In this document: one piece after another, positions 24,750-36,570 of the stretch
How the letters are laid out: each line of letters starts with the position of its first letter
How positions within the stretch are numbered: the first letter of the stretch is position 1
Source of the DNA: Octopus bimaculoides
Lineage: Eukaryota
Direction of reading: 5' to 3'
NCBI RefSeq assembly: GCF_001194135.2
Contig: NC_068981.1
Coordinates: 54,815,159-54,879,158 of the forward strand
DNA: 64,000 nt
Position numbers and translations under genes: made by a program
Notes under the pieces: model-generated
Database searches by the model: none
Seen by the model: only the letters and a program-made list of their open reading frames with translations
Told to the model about the DNA's origin: nothing

Positions 24750-25710
24750 TGCTTGAGCGGTGAAGAACTTACTCTAAGTTGTTTGGTGCTAATGGTATAT
24801 CATCTCTTTCTACAGCTCACTGTAGGAATGAAGTGTTTTGTAAATTCTTCATGTAATTTTTATGTTACATTCATGATTAGGATTGTTATCAACAAAAGCT
24901 TGCAGACCATCCCCTATAAGTGCCAACACTTTAACAACATTCTTTGCTGTCAGTTTAAGCAGAGCTGATGGAATTTCTGTATTCTCATCTTTCTCATGTT
25001 CTAACAGCATCAGCTCCTTGTTAGATAAACTTCCTCTATTGGATACTAGCAATTCAACTACTTCATCCTCTATGACTTCTTTAAGACCTTACATCATTTG
25101 CAAGTGTTGCAATATCTTTCTGCTTGTAGAAAACTTTTCAAGTCATGGATACATTCTGGCCATGTATTTTTCCAAGCATCTTTCAAAAGCTGAGGTGTTT
25201 CACCTCATCCTATAACTCAACTATGTTTTTCCATAGCATTCATTATGTTGAACATCTTCCAGAAGTCTCTTACTGTAGGTTCATCTTTCTTAATAACTGC
25301 TTTCATAAATTGTTTGAATGTTCTTCTCAGATTATATGCCTTGCACTTAACTAGAACACCTTGATCAATTGGCTGAACCAAGGAAGTTATATTCTTCAGG
25401 ATATATTCTATTCTCACATTATCAAAAACCTCATTTAAGTGCATGGTGTGGCTTGATGCATTGTCTAAAAGAAGCAATACTTTGTTGGAAATATGTTTGA
25501 CATTGTACCTTTCTACAACATGATGAAAAAATATTAGTCTTTGAAAAGATTCTTAATCATCTATGCCTTCTTATATGAATGCCAAATCAGAGGCAAATTA
25601 AACTTTGGGTAACCCTTGAAAGCTCTTAGATTTTCAGTGTGATATGAGCCAAGTCTCTAATTTCATATCACCATCTACAAATCATCATACAACCTTTAGG
25701 CATTTTTTTT
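24371..25710 (-). mobile_element. Tigger/pogo DDE transposase remnant with a candidate terminal repeat at 24371
   Basis: 'LRAFKGYPKFNLPLIWHSYKKA*M...LLLDNASSH...TSLVQPIDQGV..CKAY'. TA|CAGCAATC at 24369-24378 resembles a pogo end. Confidence 0.8.
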
Positions 25711-25894
25711 TTAATTATCATAGTGTTAGTATATTGTGTTTAGTCTAGCTTGGTAGGGAGGGTGGTTTAGTCACTGATGACCCAACAATGTGACAGATTG
25801 TACTAGGTTGCATGTTATCAGCAACACTAGGAGTGACCCAACATACACATATGCATACATGCACAGAAATAGAAGTATGAGAAATGAACATATC

Positions 25895-26250
25895 TTTTAC
25901 TTGTTTCAGTCTTTGTACTGTGGCCATGCTGAGGCACCACCTTTGAAAGGTTTAGTTGAACAAATTGACCCTAGTACTTGTTTTTTTTTTAAAGTCTGGT
26001 TCTTATTCTATTGGTTTCTTTTGCCAGTCTGCTAAGTTACAGGGACATAAACAAAACCAACACCAGTTAAGTACAGGTGACACACACAAACACACACACA
26101 ACTGGCTTCTATTAGTTTCCATCTACCAAATCCACACACAAGGCTTTGTTCAGCCCGAGGTTATAATAGAAAATATTTGCCTGAGATGTCCCTCAGTGGA
26201 ACTGAACCTGGTACCATGTGGTTGGGAAGCAGACTTCTTACCACAGAGCC
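25895..26250 (-). mobile_element. SINE-B, long form with a CR1-like 3' tail
   Basis: Head at about 26240, (CA)-rich middle, tail ggtggtgcctcagcatggccacag...ctgaaacaagtaaaag. Confidence 0.8.
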
Positions 26251-26973
26251 TTGCCTACTGAAATCAAAGTCTATAGATCTGAAAAAAAAAATGATTATAT
26301 ATGGTGAGAATCAAAACATTCATTTGCTAATGGGGCTAAATACATTTTTACCAATTTTGTTGGATATTTTCCATTCAGTTTCAATGTTTTTGTAGAGTAA
26401 TTTGAAAAGAACTCTAGAATAAATCAATTTGTTTAAATTCTATTATGATAGATGATCAAACACCCAGCTTACAGAACAGTGATGCACACATGAAAAATAT
26501 TTTGATGGAACCTTTGTCAGGAGAATAGTTCCCTATGAAATTTTTTCATTGCTTCTATTTAGATCTCTTAACATTGTTGTTTATTTTAGTAAAGTCAAAC
26601 ATAAAAGATTGGCAACGTAAGTTCAAAATCACTAGTGCTGGCAATATTTCCACTTATTAAAGAATATAGATGACAATTGAATTACTGCTTTATTTCACTT
26701 GATAATTGAGAGAAATTGAACAAATTGTTCTACCTACTCCTAGGTATACTTTATAGTCCTTGTTTATACAGGGCTTACCCCTAATATCTACATTCTCCTC
26801 CTATACACAAATTTTTTATTTGTCCTTTGTCTTTGAATATGGTGATCAGCATTTTCTTTTTTAAAATTGAATAATTTATGCAACATTGCTTTAGTGTGGT
26901 ATCTCTAATTTCTTTTGCCAATCTGCTAAATTATAGGGACATAAACAAACCAGCACCAGTTGTTAAGTGCAGG

Positions 26974-27018
<45 letters not shown>

Positions 27019-27299
27019 NNNNNNNNNNATACATACACATACATACATACACATACATAAAAATACCTGCACAGGTATATACGGAGGAGTGAATGCGTCT
27101 GTGTGGAAGAGAATGAATTAGAGAGTCAAATACTACTACTACAAGTACTACAACTATTTCTACTAGGCTACAAATGCTGCGGCTACTACAACTACTACTT
27201 CTACTACTACTAATACTACTACTNNNNNNNNNNGGACTGAACCTGGAACCATGTGGTTGGGAAGCAAACTTCTTATCACACAGTTATGCTGAGAATCAT

Positions 27300-27720
27300 A
27301 AGTGTTGATGACTTCATGTTTTCAACCAGCATAACAAAGGTAGAAGATTCATCCAAAGTAGAGAAATTTCTTTCGAAGAGAAATTCCAAAATACATCATA
27401 ACTCAGTTCATATGTTTCAACAAGTACTTTGCTTTTTCTGGTATAAGCATGAAGGATATGACAATATCCAGAGTCTGCATTGCAAATATACCAATCGTTT
27501 TTTTTATTTTGCTCCATGCACTTAACTTTGTGGACACATATTGGTGGAATTTTAGCCCATATACTTGTTTTCTTCAAGTACTTGTGTTATTCGATTGTGG
27601 TGTACCTCAGATGAAAATAATGCGTTAGGGATATACAATGATATCACCTCATCAGTAATTTAAATATTGTTGTTATTTTTATCTGTACTCCTCCGAGCCA
27701 GGTAATATTTTCCCAAAGCC
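27300..27720 (-). mobile_element. piggyBac-like transposase remnant
   Basis: Frameshifted 'KFHQYVSTK...WYICNADSGYCHILHAYT.K', compared with the piggyBac 'F.QY.P.KP...W.LCDA.SGY....YTGK' pattern. Confidence 0.55.
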
Positions 27721-27844
27721 TGATAAGTTTTCACAGAATATTGGAAATAAATGATACTTTTTTTATGACACTGACAAACATTTTACAACTATTACGCAAT
27801 GTCAAGAAAAGGAGACAAACATACTCACACACTCATACATTCTT

Positions 27845-28200
27845 TTAGGTATCATCTGCTAAATCCACTCACAAGGCTTTGGTCAGGCTGGGGCTATAGT
27901 AGATGACACTTGCCCTTGGTGTCAGGCAGTTTGACTGAACCCGGAACCATGTAGTTGGGAAACAAACTTCTTACTACACAGCCACACCTGTGCCTTTACA
28001 GTTATATATATATATTAGATATTTAAAACAGACGTGGCTGTGTGGTTAAGAAGTTCACTTTGCAGCCAGGTTGTTTTGGGTTCAGTCTCACTGTGTGACA
28101 CTGTAGGCAAGTGTTTACTGCAGCCCTGGGTTGACCAAAACCTTGTGATTGAATTTGATAGATGAAAACTGTTTAGAAGCCTGTAGTGTGTGTCTATACA
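27845..28200. mobile_element. Head-to-head inverted pair of SINE-B copies
   Basis: Minus copy at 27845-27990 and plus copy at 28030-28185, separated by about 40 nt. Confidence 0.8.
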
Positions 28201-28608
28201 TGTTTGTGTGTTTTCCTTGTGAATGTTTACATTCTGCACTTCACATGAAACAAGCACTGAGCTACAAATGGGGTTGCTTGTCAATTCCTTAACAAATCTT
28301 TTTCTAGCTCTCTGCTTTTGGAGAGTTGAATGAAAAATTCTGTATTTGTAAAACAAATAAAAGTTAACAATAAGAAAGGCATCTAGCTCTATAACCATGC
28401 CTCTATAATATATAATTATTCAACCAATGCTACCATAGAAAAACATGTGTAAAATGAATGACTGTGTGTATGCTATATTTTTGTCTATATATTAATGTGT
28501 ATGTAATATATAGTAACTGATAATTGTTTAAAACTCTAGAATAAGTCTCATTATGAAAAATATGCAAAGATGTACTATGTTATTATTCAGGATTTTATTA
28601 TTTTTCAG

Positions 28609-28735
28609 GATGAAGAAAGTAAATCAAATGAGAATTTACTTGCTAATCTCCAGGAGAGGTTAATCCATACTGATCATGGTACTATGGTTTTAAGTTCGAC
28701 TCTTACTCAAAATTCTCAAAAATCTAACAATACAG
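28609..28735 (+). CDS. NR2C: NR2C hinge exon (DEESKSNENLLANLQERLIHTDHGTMVLSSTL...)
   Basis: Acceptor tttttcag, donor G|gtgag. 127 nt, phase 0 to 1, in frame with its neighbours. Resembles TR4 'MLVNIQQPLIREDGTVLL'. Confidence 0.88.
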
Positions 28736-30009
28736 GTGAGATTTCATTTGGGTTTTATAATTCATTTGTTTTTGTGTCTTACACTTGTTCCATGAATTTG
28801 TGTAATGTGTAGCCTATATATGTAATCTCCAGGGAGGGTCTTAGGCAGATTGATATCAATAGGATTAATGACACAGCTATACTGTATTGCATATTTTATT
28901 TGATTAAGAAATATTTGATTAAACTGAAGTAACTCTAGTGAAATATTTGTTCTTATTTTATTGATGTATTGGGATGAAAGGCTGTGGAATTTGAATATTT
29001 GGCTGAAAAAGTATAAATGAAACACTTAAACATTTAATTGGCTACTCTGATTTGTTACTCTCTCTATTTCACTGCCTACTGTTATAATGTTCCTTTAACA
29101 TCCAAATGACTTCTCTATGGCTGAGACCATGAATCCTTCTAGAGTAAGATATCAAAATAACAATTTCTTAATTTAGCTGGTGAGTTGTTTATTATACTTT
29201 TAATGGTTGTGGGGATACATTATATATGAGCAAGTTTTCAAATATGAACAGCTGTTTTCGATTTGGAGTTATACTGCTTTGCTAAAGAAATTAAACACAC
29301 ATAATTTATATTTTTTTAGATTTTCAAATTCCCAAAAGTACATCTCTTTAGCTAGAGTACAAGTAATCTGAGTTTAAATTGTTTTCAAATGAGTTTCAGG
29401 TTAAATTTTAAAGAAATCTGATGTAAATATATTAATCTATTGCATGACATTTGTAATAAAAGAATTTATTTGATGGTTCCTTATAGAAAATATGTTATTT
29501 GTCTTAAGAAAGGAATCTAATTGACAGAATAATATTTCAGTTGATAAAAAGGCTCTCATGTTATGGTATGGATTGAATCATTACAAAACCAATTAATGGT
29601 AATACCATATTTGCTCCTGTATAATGTGAGAAATTTAATATATCAGTGTCAAGAATGGGATGTGGTTAGCATTATATTTGAATGTAAAAAAAAAGGATAA
29701 AAATATGATAGAATAAATTACTGATTTTTAATTTTAAAAAATAGTGTTGTATTTGAGATACATTGTATTTTGAGATACATTGTATTTGAGATACATTGTA
29801 TTTAAGTAAATATGTTATTCTATATAAATATCATTAAATAGGTATTTCATATATTATGATACTCAAAACAGACATGTTTCTTATAGCATATCCATTTTCA
29901 GTATAGTGGTTGTGTATTTGTGTTGTAGGAGACTATGTTGTGTTTCCTTTACATAATATTTTCATGGTCTGTGTTCATGGAAGGCAATGAACGTCTGGTA
30001 TAAGATGTC

Positions 30010-30900
30010 TAGGTTGTGTGGAATGATGTCTCTGTGTGGGAAATTAGGAAAACGTAAGTGATGGTAGCATCATCTGCAAAATATTGTGTGATTAGAAATA
30101 ACAAGTAGATTATAAATGTACAGAAGAGCAAGGGTGACATAACCAAACTGTAGAGTACACCTAAATTGATAGGAAACCCTGTTAGTACAATCTGCAGTAG
30201 CATGGTCAGACAGGAAATTTCCAATCCAAGTGATGAAAATGAGATGGAGCCTATAGTTGGGCAACATAGGAAGTCCTCATCCCACATGCTGTTTGAAAGT
30301 CATAAGGGCAAGAGACAACTAGTTATTTCCATTAGATCTAGCTTTATGGAAATCATGCTGGTGGTTACTGAGAAAGAAGAATGACTGAAGACAATAGGCT
30401 GGCTGACTAGCTGGTATTTTGTTTCAGTCAAAGAGATTTTTTTTCGCTTCTTGGTGATAGGACATACCGAGTCGCCATAGACTGGAGTAGAATCTTGCAG
30501 AGAGGAATGATCAATAAGGTTAACAACGATAGGCTAGTTCTGGGTTGCAGTGTTTAAGCGCCACTGTCAAGATTGGTTGCCTCATTGAATTGGAATGATC
30601 AGAAAAATATTCACATTCAGTAACTGTGCACAGATAGTGATAAGACTGAATGAAGAAGGAAGGGTTGGAACGAGTGTTGTTGTTAGTGCAGGTTGAATAT
30701 GTAAAGTTAACAGAAACTCTTTTAAAAGGTACCAAAAAGTATTTTTGACTTTCTTTATACTTCTTATCCATGTTGTGGTGGATAAACAACATGTAGTTGA
30801 TAATGTCTGGCATCCTTCATATGTAAGTAATATTCTTTGCCTATATCTGTTGCAATACAGCTGAAAATGAACCTCTTGAAGGTTTTGGTTATAGCCATCA
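30010..30900 (-). mobile_element. Degenerate CR1/Jockey-like RT remnant
   Basis: 'WIGNFLSD', 'INLGVLYSLVMSPLLFCTFI' and 'YFADD' motifs occur across several frames. Confidence 0.6.
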
Positions 30901-32819
30901 GGATGGATCCAGTCAGTCACTTGGTTGCTTCAGATTCAGAGTGAAAAACATTTGCAATCAAAGGAAGTAGTAGTATTTTTACTAATCAAGTGTACTAGTT
31001 AATTGACTTGAAGTAGCAAGAGTTGTCATAATGAAACAATATATAAAGCATGTTGCCTTGATTAGGCAGAAACCAGATGATACGCTGAGTTATACAGAAG
31101 AGACAGTTGTCCAACAGATTGAGTTTTATGTTCATGCAAATCCTTTTTACCTTTCTCAACTCATCTTAGTTAGCTAACATCTGCTACCACTTTTACTTCA
31201 CAATCAGCTGATTGCCATTACAAATTTCATCTACCTGTATAGTATTCCTGTAAATCACACAAATAACTTAATCTCAGAACTGTTCTACTTTGCTAAGCAC
31301 ATCATATTGAACTAATTAAAGAGTAGGTTGGATGAAGTCAGTTTAACTTGAGGTGATCAGCAATAACTTTGCTGTAAATTTTGAACAGTTCATTCTGTAA
31401 GGTGGTTGGTAAATGAGCAGGGACATCATAGGATAGAGAGGGCCTTACAGTGTTGTCAAAGATGACAACCTCTCTAGTGTTGGTATTATGATATATTTCA
31501 CTCAGTACACCCTGGTTGCTGTTAGGTACAGTATACTGCTATAGAAACCATGCCAATTTAAATGTATTAGTGTGATATGGTCCTCTCAACCATCCCAGGT
31601 GTGCAGTAATTTTGAATAAGTCCTGATTCTGGTTGTGATGACATATCTAACCCATGCCAGCATGGAGAACAGATGTGAAACGTTGATGTTGATTATAATT
31701 TCTTGTTTCTAAAATAGTAATTTTAGCATTATAATATTCTTTTAAAATGGGCCTTGTGCCTAGAGTAGAGAAGAATATTCTTTTAAAATGTAAATTAAAA
31801 ATAATAATAATAAAATAAACACTTTAGTGGGTTAATCCCATCAAAAGATAAAACCTGTCAGATCTGTTTGCATCCACTTCACTTTGGTATGGTTCTGGAT
31901 TTAAAGAACCTTCAGTTATCTTTCTTTCTCTAAAATAATTCTAAGTGTCTTATCCATGAGGTTGACTAAATTGTTCTAACTACTTAAGAAAGTTCATAAA
32001 GCTCTCCAAAGACAAATAGTTGTACTTTTCATGACATTGGCCTTTTCACTAAGTTTAACTTGATTTATTTCTTTAATGGCATCTCTGCCTTCTAATTAAT
32101 GACAATGAAAAGGTCAGCAAAGTTGATAAAAGTCAATGATCTTAGTTTTCAAAATAATTCTGTTTTAGCAAACAGCATTAGAAGCCTAAAGAGTATTTAA
32201 TCACATGTCATACCCATCTTGTTGCAGTCTATTACTCTAGCTTCATGCTTCTAAACTAACCAAACAGTAAACATTATTTCAAAGTTGTTTGGATATAATT
32301 TATATAAAATTTTAAAATAATTGTGTGGTTATTCTGCCATTTAAAAATGTATTATTATAACATAGATATTAAGTGTAAATAACATTTACATAGAGGCTTG
32401 AGAAATATGAAGCATAGGTCATAGATATGTGATAAATACCATATATATTCATAAACAAGGCGTAGTTGTAGGTAAGTTGCACCAGCCCTCCACTTTGGGC
32501 TTATATTAGTTTCAGCTTCTGAATCATAAATAAGGTGCATATTGTTTTTTATGAATGCTGACTGCAAATTTCCTTTTTATATTTAAATAAGTAAATAAAT
32601 AAATAATAATAATAATAATAAAACTGTTCAAGGAGTAATCCCTATCATTGCTAATACAGTCCTGTAAAATCCCATGACTATAGATATCTCAACCATGTTT
32701 TTCTATTATCTGTGTCTAGAACAGATTAACCAGTGTTTTTAAATAATCACACCTGGTTCACTGACATTATATATGCAGCATCTGATGGACTTTAAGATTA
32801 CGGCTGGCCAGTAGAGAAC

Positions 32820-33430
32820 TGTGCATTATTTACATTTGACGGATATTTGTCCTCATCTTGTTTGTTGTTAACACAATGTTTCAGCTGATATACCCTCCAG
32901 CCTTCGTCAGGTGTCTTGGGGAAATTTCAAACCTGGGTTCTCATTGCTAAGGTATTTTTTGATGCTATTCTTCTTCTTCTTATTATTATTATTCAGGTCA
33001 CTGCCTGGAATCGAACTCGGAATCTTGGGTTTAGTAGCCTGTGCTCTTAACCACTACACCATATGCCCATGGGCAAAGGACTTATAAATCTAATATTCTC
33101 CTATCCTTCCTTAATACCGGTTCCCATATGCAGTTCATATCTGCGCTCAGTCTGCTTAGGAAGTTGTTGTGTCCTAGCATATGTGCTGCTTCTCTTAGTT
33201 TCCATATTTTCCAGTGGTGTTCTCTGTCTATTATTTTAACTTCATCCCACAGGGGAAGGTGGTGTCCATTTTTCCATACATGATCAGCTATACTTGATTT
33301 ATCAATATCTCCCTGTGTCACAACTTTGCGATGATCCTCTACCCTTATTTTGAAGAGGCAGCACATTTCACTTTTGTATAACCTACCACAGCTGCATGGG
33401 ATGGAGTACACGCAGTTCTTAGTCATATTC
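32820..33430 (-). mobile_element. Penelope-like element 3' remnant: GIY-YIG endonuclease C-terminus, tRNA-like segment (32996-33068) and hammerhead-bearing terminus
   Basis: ORF 33082-33426 reads 'CVYSIPCSCG.LY...RVEDH...SSIADH.W...H...W..VKII..E......LREA', a PLE GIY-YIG pattern. A and B boxes TGGTGTAGTGG and GAGTTCGATTCC follow directly. Confidence 0.8.
32870..32915 (-). ncRNA. Penelope-associated minimal hammerhead motif, probably decayed
   Basis: Minus strand reads GACAC-CUGACGA-A-GGCUG(GAGGGUAUAU)CAGCU-GAAA-C-AUU-GUGUU. Stems I and II pair; the GUH triplet is altered to AUU. Confidence 0.65.
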
Positions 33431-33663
33431 TCTTCTATTGGTGGTTTTACTCAAAGGAGATATTTGCAATGTGTTGTATTACTTTTGAATACTGTCCTTG
33501 TAAAGTGAGGTATAACTGTAATATATAAAAAATGTGTATTTCAGTATGAATGTATGCTTATTTTTTTCTTCTTCATTTTAGCTTAATTATCTTTGTCCTT
33601 TTCTCTCTGGGTTTCTGATAAGTTGCTTATTTCCTCATTTCTCAGCTGCCAATCTTATTTCAG

Positions 33664-33911
33664 ATCTGAGTACTCTTGCTAGTGTAGTTACCACATTGGC
33701 TGCTATGGGAAAAAATGGTGCCCAAGAATCAACAGATCCAAATAGTAGTTCTGGGACATCTACTGCTGCTAGTAGCAGCAGTAATAGTAATGGACATGTT
33801 TCATCTCCAGGAGAAAGTGCTGATTCTGTAGTTAAAGCCTTTGACACACTTGCCCGAGCAGTGCACCATCCACAATCACAAAGCCAAGAAACTCAGACAG
33901 GCTTGTCACAG
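33664..33911 (+). CDS. NR2C: NR2C hinge exon (DLSTLASVVTTLAAMG...VVKAFDTLARAV...GLSQ); alternative in-frame acceptor gives a start at 33646
   Basis: Acceptor ttatttcag (or tttctcag 18 nt upstream), donor CAG|gtgagt. Phase 1 to 0. Matches TR2/TR4 'LGTLANVVTSLA' and 'RAFDTLAKA'. Confidence 0.9.
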
Positions 33912-34668
33912 GTGAGTGTTATCTGTTACTTGGTTATATATTCTCTGCGATAAATGTATAAATGCTATGAACACTGCCAATATTAAGAAAGAATCTTGTA
34001 ACTCCTTGTTCATTTTTCATTAAGACTCAATGACCAATCTCATTCTGTTGTCCCCCTTTTCATTTTGGAAACTTCATAGGTACAGGCATGGTTGTATTGT
34101 TGTGTAGCTTGTTTCCCAACCATGTGGTTTTGTATTCAATCTTATTGCCCCAGGCCAAACCAAAGCCTTACGAGTGGACTAGGTAGATAGAAACTGAAAG
34201 AAGTCTGTTGTGTATGAGTATATGTTTGTGTGTGTGCTGAAAAGTTCCTGGCTTTCGGTAAAAGAAAATACAGGAGGATCAGTAAATTATGATTTGATTT
34301 AAAATATTCCCCTCTCAGATTCACACACTTATTGCAGTGTTCCTTCAATTTTTCTAAGCCTTGTAAAAAAACTCATAAGGATAGGCTTCCACAACCAGGC
34401 TTTTCACTATACTCTTAAAGCCAGGAATTTTTCATCATCTCCTTGTGTGTGTGTATGTGTGTGTGTTTATCCCTTCTTATAAATGAACATTATTGCCATA
34501 CAAGTAATGTTGTTCATTTCCTATCTTCCATGAAAAACATGTCTGATTACAGTAGAATAATATTTTGCTTGGAAACAGGTAAGTTTGGTAACAGGAAGTG
34601 CATCCAGTTATAGAAAACCTGCCTGATCCATACAAGCCTGAGAAAGTAGACATAAAATGATGATAATG

Positions 34669-34701
<33 letters not shown>

Positions 34702-35283
34702 TGCTGTGTAGATACAGAATTTGCTTTGTTATGTGTTTGAGTTCTCACTGTACAACCGCTTAGGTAAGTGTCCTTTACTGTAGCTTTGGCTCGACCAATG
34801 CCTTGTGACTGGCATTTGTAGAGAGAAACAAAGCATTGAGCTAAAAGTAAAAACAAAATTGGTAAGGTTTACTGATATTCCTTGATATCAAATCATCCTG
34901 TATCACTGCACTTTCAAAGGTGAGCGGAATAAAAAATCCAGAAGAGTTAGCAACAGAAAGAACATCTGGATTATAAAACGATACCTCAATAACTATTTAT
35001 TCAACCCATGCTAGCATATAGAATGGATGTAAAATGAACAAACAACATTGAGATGTTCTTTTCATTGTTGTTTTAACGTCCACTTTTCTATGCTTGTATG
35101 GGTTAGATAGAATTAATTGAGAATGTCCTTTCTTATCATCAGCCTTCATCTGTTTTCAAGCAAGATGAATATTTCCTAATAGCCAGACATATTTTCATGG
35201 GAGATTGGAAACAAAAGTCACTGATTACATGACAGAGTTATCATGCAATGTCAAGGCAAAGAGAGAATAACACACACATACAG

Positions 35284-35324
<41 letters not shown>

Positions 35325-35544
35325 CTAGCTTCTTTCAGTTTCCATCTATCATATGTACTCTCAAAGCTATAGTAGTGACACTTGCCCAAGTTGTCACACA
35401 ATGGGACTGAACCTGAAGCCATGTGGTTATGATGCAAACTTCTAATCTTCTAATCCATGCAACCATGTCTTTGAAATAACTTTAATTTTGCCTAAACTGA
35501 GAAATTGGGAAATCCTGCTTTAGGTTTTGTGTTTTCTTTTTTGA

Positions 35545-36570
35545 TACACTTGTCATCCTCATTTAATGTCTGTTTTCCATTCTGACATGTGCTGTACAGT
35601 TCAACAGAAGATGGTAAGCTGGAGAACTACACCAGACTCCAGTTGTCTGTTTTGGCATAGTTTCTATAGCTGGACACACTTCCTAATGCCAACCACTTTA
35701 CAGAGTGTACTGGGTGCTTTTTTACGTGGCACCAGCACAAGTGTTTTTTACATGGCACCAGTATTGGTGCTTTTGATTTGGGACCAGCATGGTTGCCAAG
35801 TGGCTTGCAAGACTACGAACTCTCCACTGAGAGAGGGAAATGAAGGAAGTGACTGTGAGGCTGGTAAGAGGTTAGAGTATAATAGAAGGACAGAGATAAT
35901 TGCCTTACTATAGAGGGGATACTTGGCTACCCTAGAAAAGAAAGGAGAGATCTGGTGAAGGATAGAAACAATCAGAGTGAGAGACAGGAAAATAGATGGT
36001 GCTGGAGATGTATTTGGGCTTATCTAGAGTGAAGTGGGGTGTAAGTAGTATAGAGGTGAAAGAGGGGGATGTTCCATAAGAGTGTGAGGGGAGATGTTTA
36101 GAGATAGGGAAGCAATGGCTGTAGTGAGTGATGGTGAGAGAAAATAGAGTGGGTGAAGGGAGGGGTAATGTAGGTATGTTAGAGAATGGAGAGAGTGCAG
36201 ATGAGCATGAGGGAGAGCAGAAGGGCTTGCAGTGGGTAGTGATCATGGGTAGAGGAATGGGGGAATGTTGGGAAGATGGGTTGTAGGGGTGTTTTGACAG
36301 CAGGCAGATTGTGTGTGTGTGTGTGAGTGAGTTGGGGGTATGATCATAAAGGACATGCCTGTATGTATGACCATGATTTTACTTAGCTCCCTGTGTCTTC
36401 TCAAGTACAGCAAATTACTAGAGATCTCAGTCCCTAGTCATCTCTGTGAAGCTCAACATCTGAAAATCCTTTCTTACCATTTCGCCCCATGTCTTCCTGG
36501 GTCTACCCTTTCCACAGGTTTCCTCCATAATTAGAGATCAGCACTTCTTTATGCGGCTGTCCTCATCAGA
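35545..36570 (-). mobile_element. RTE 3' remnant with a purine/pyrimidine-skewed spacer (35820-36340)
   Basis: 36380-36570 is the reverse complement of the RTE 'DEDS..KKC...RGRPRKTW' region. 35545-35770 is the reverse complement of the RTE tail. Confidence 0.7.

Noticed and set aside
29747-29803. 3.5 copies of a 16-bp unit (ttgtatttgagataca)
   Set aside because: Simple tandem repeat with no spacers; not CRISPR-like.
32996-33068. Functional tRNA gene
   Set aside because: The acceptor and anticodon stems pair poorly and the sequence is embedded in a mobile element, so it is treated as a tRNA-derived promoter segment.
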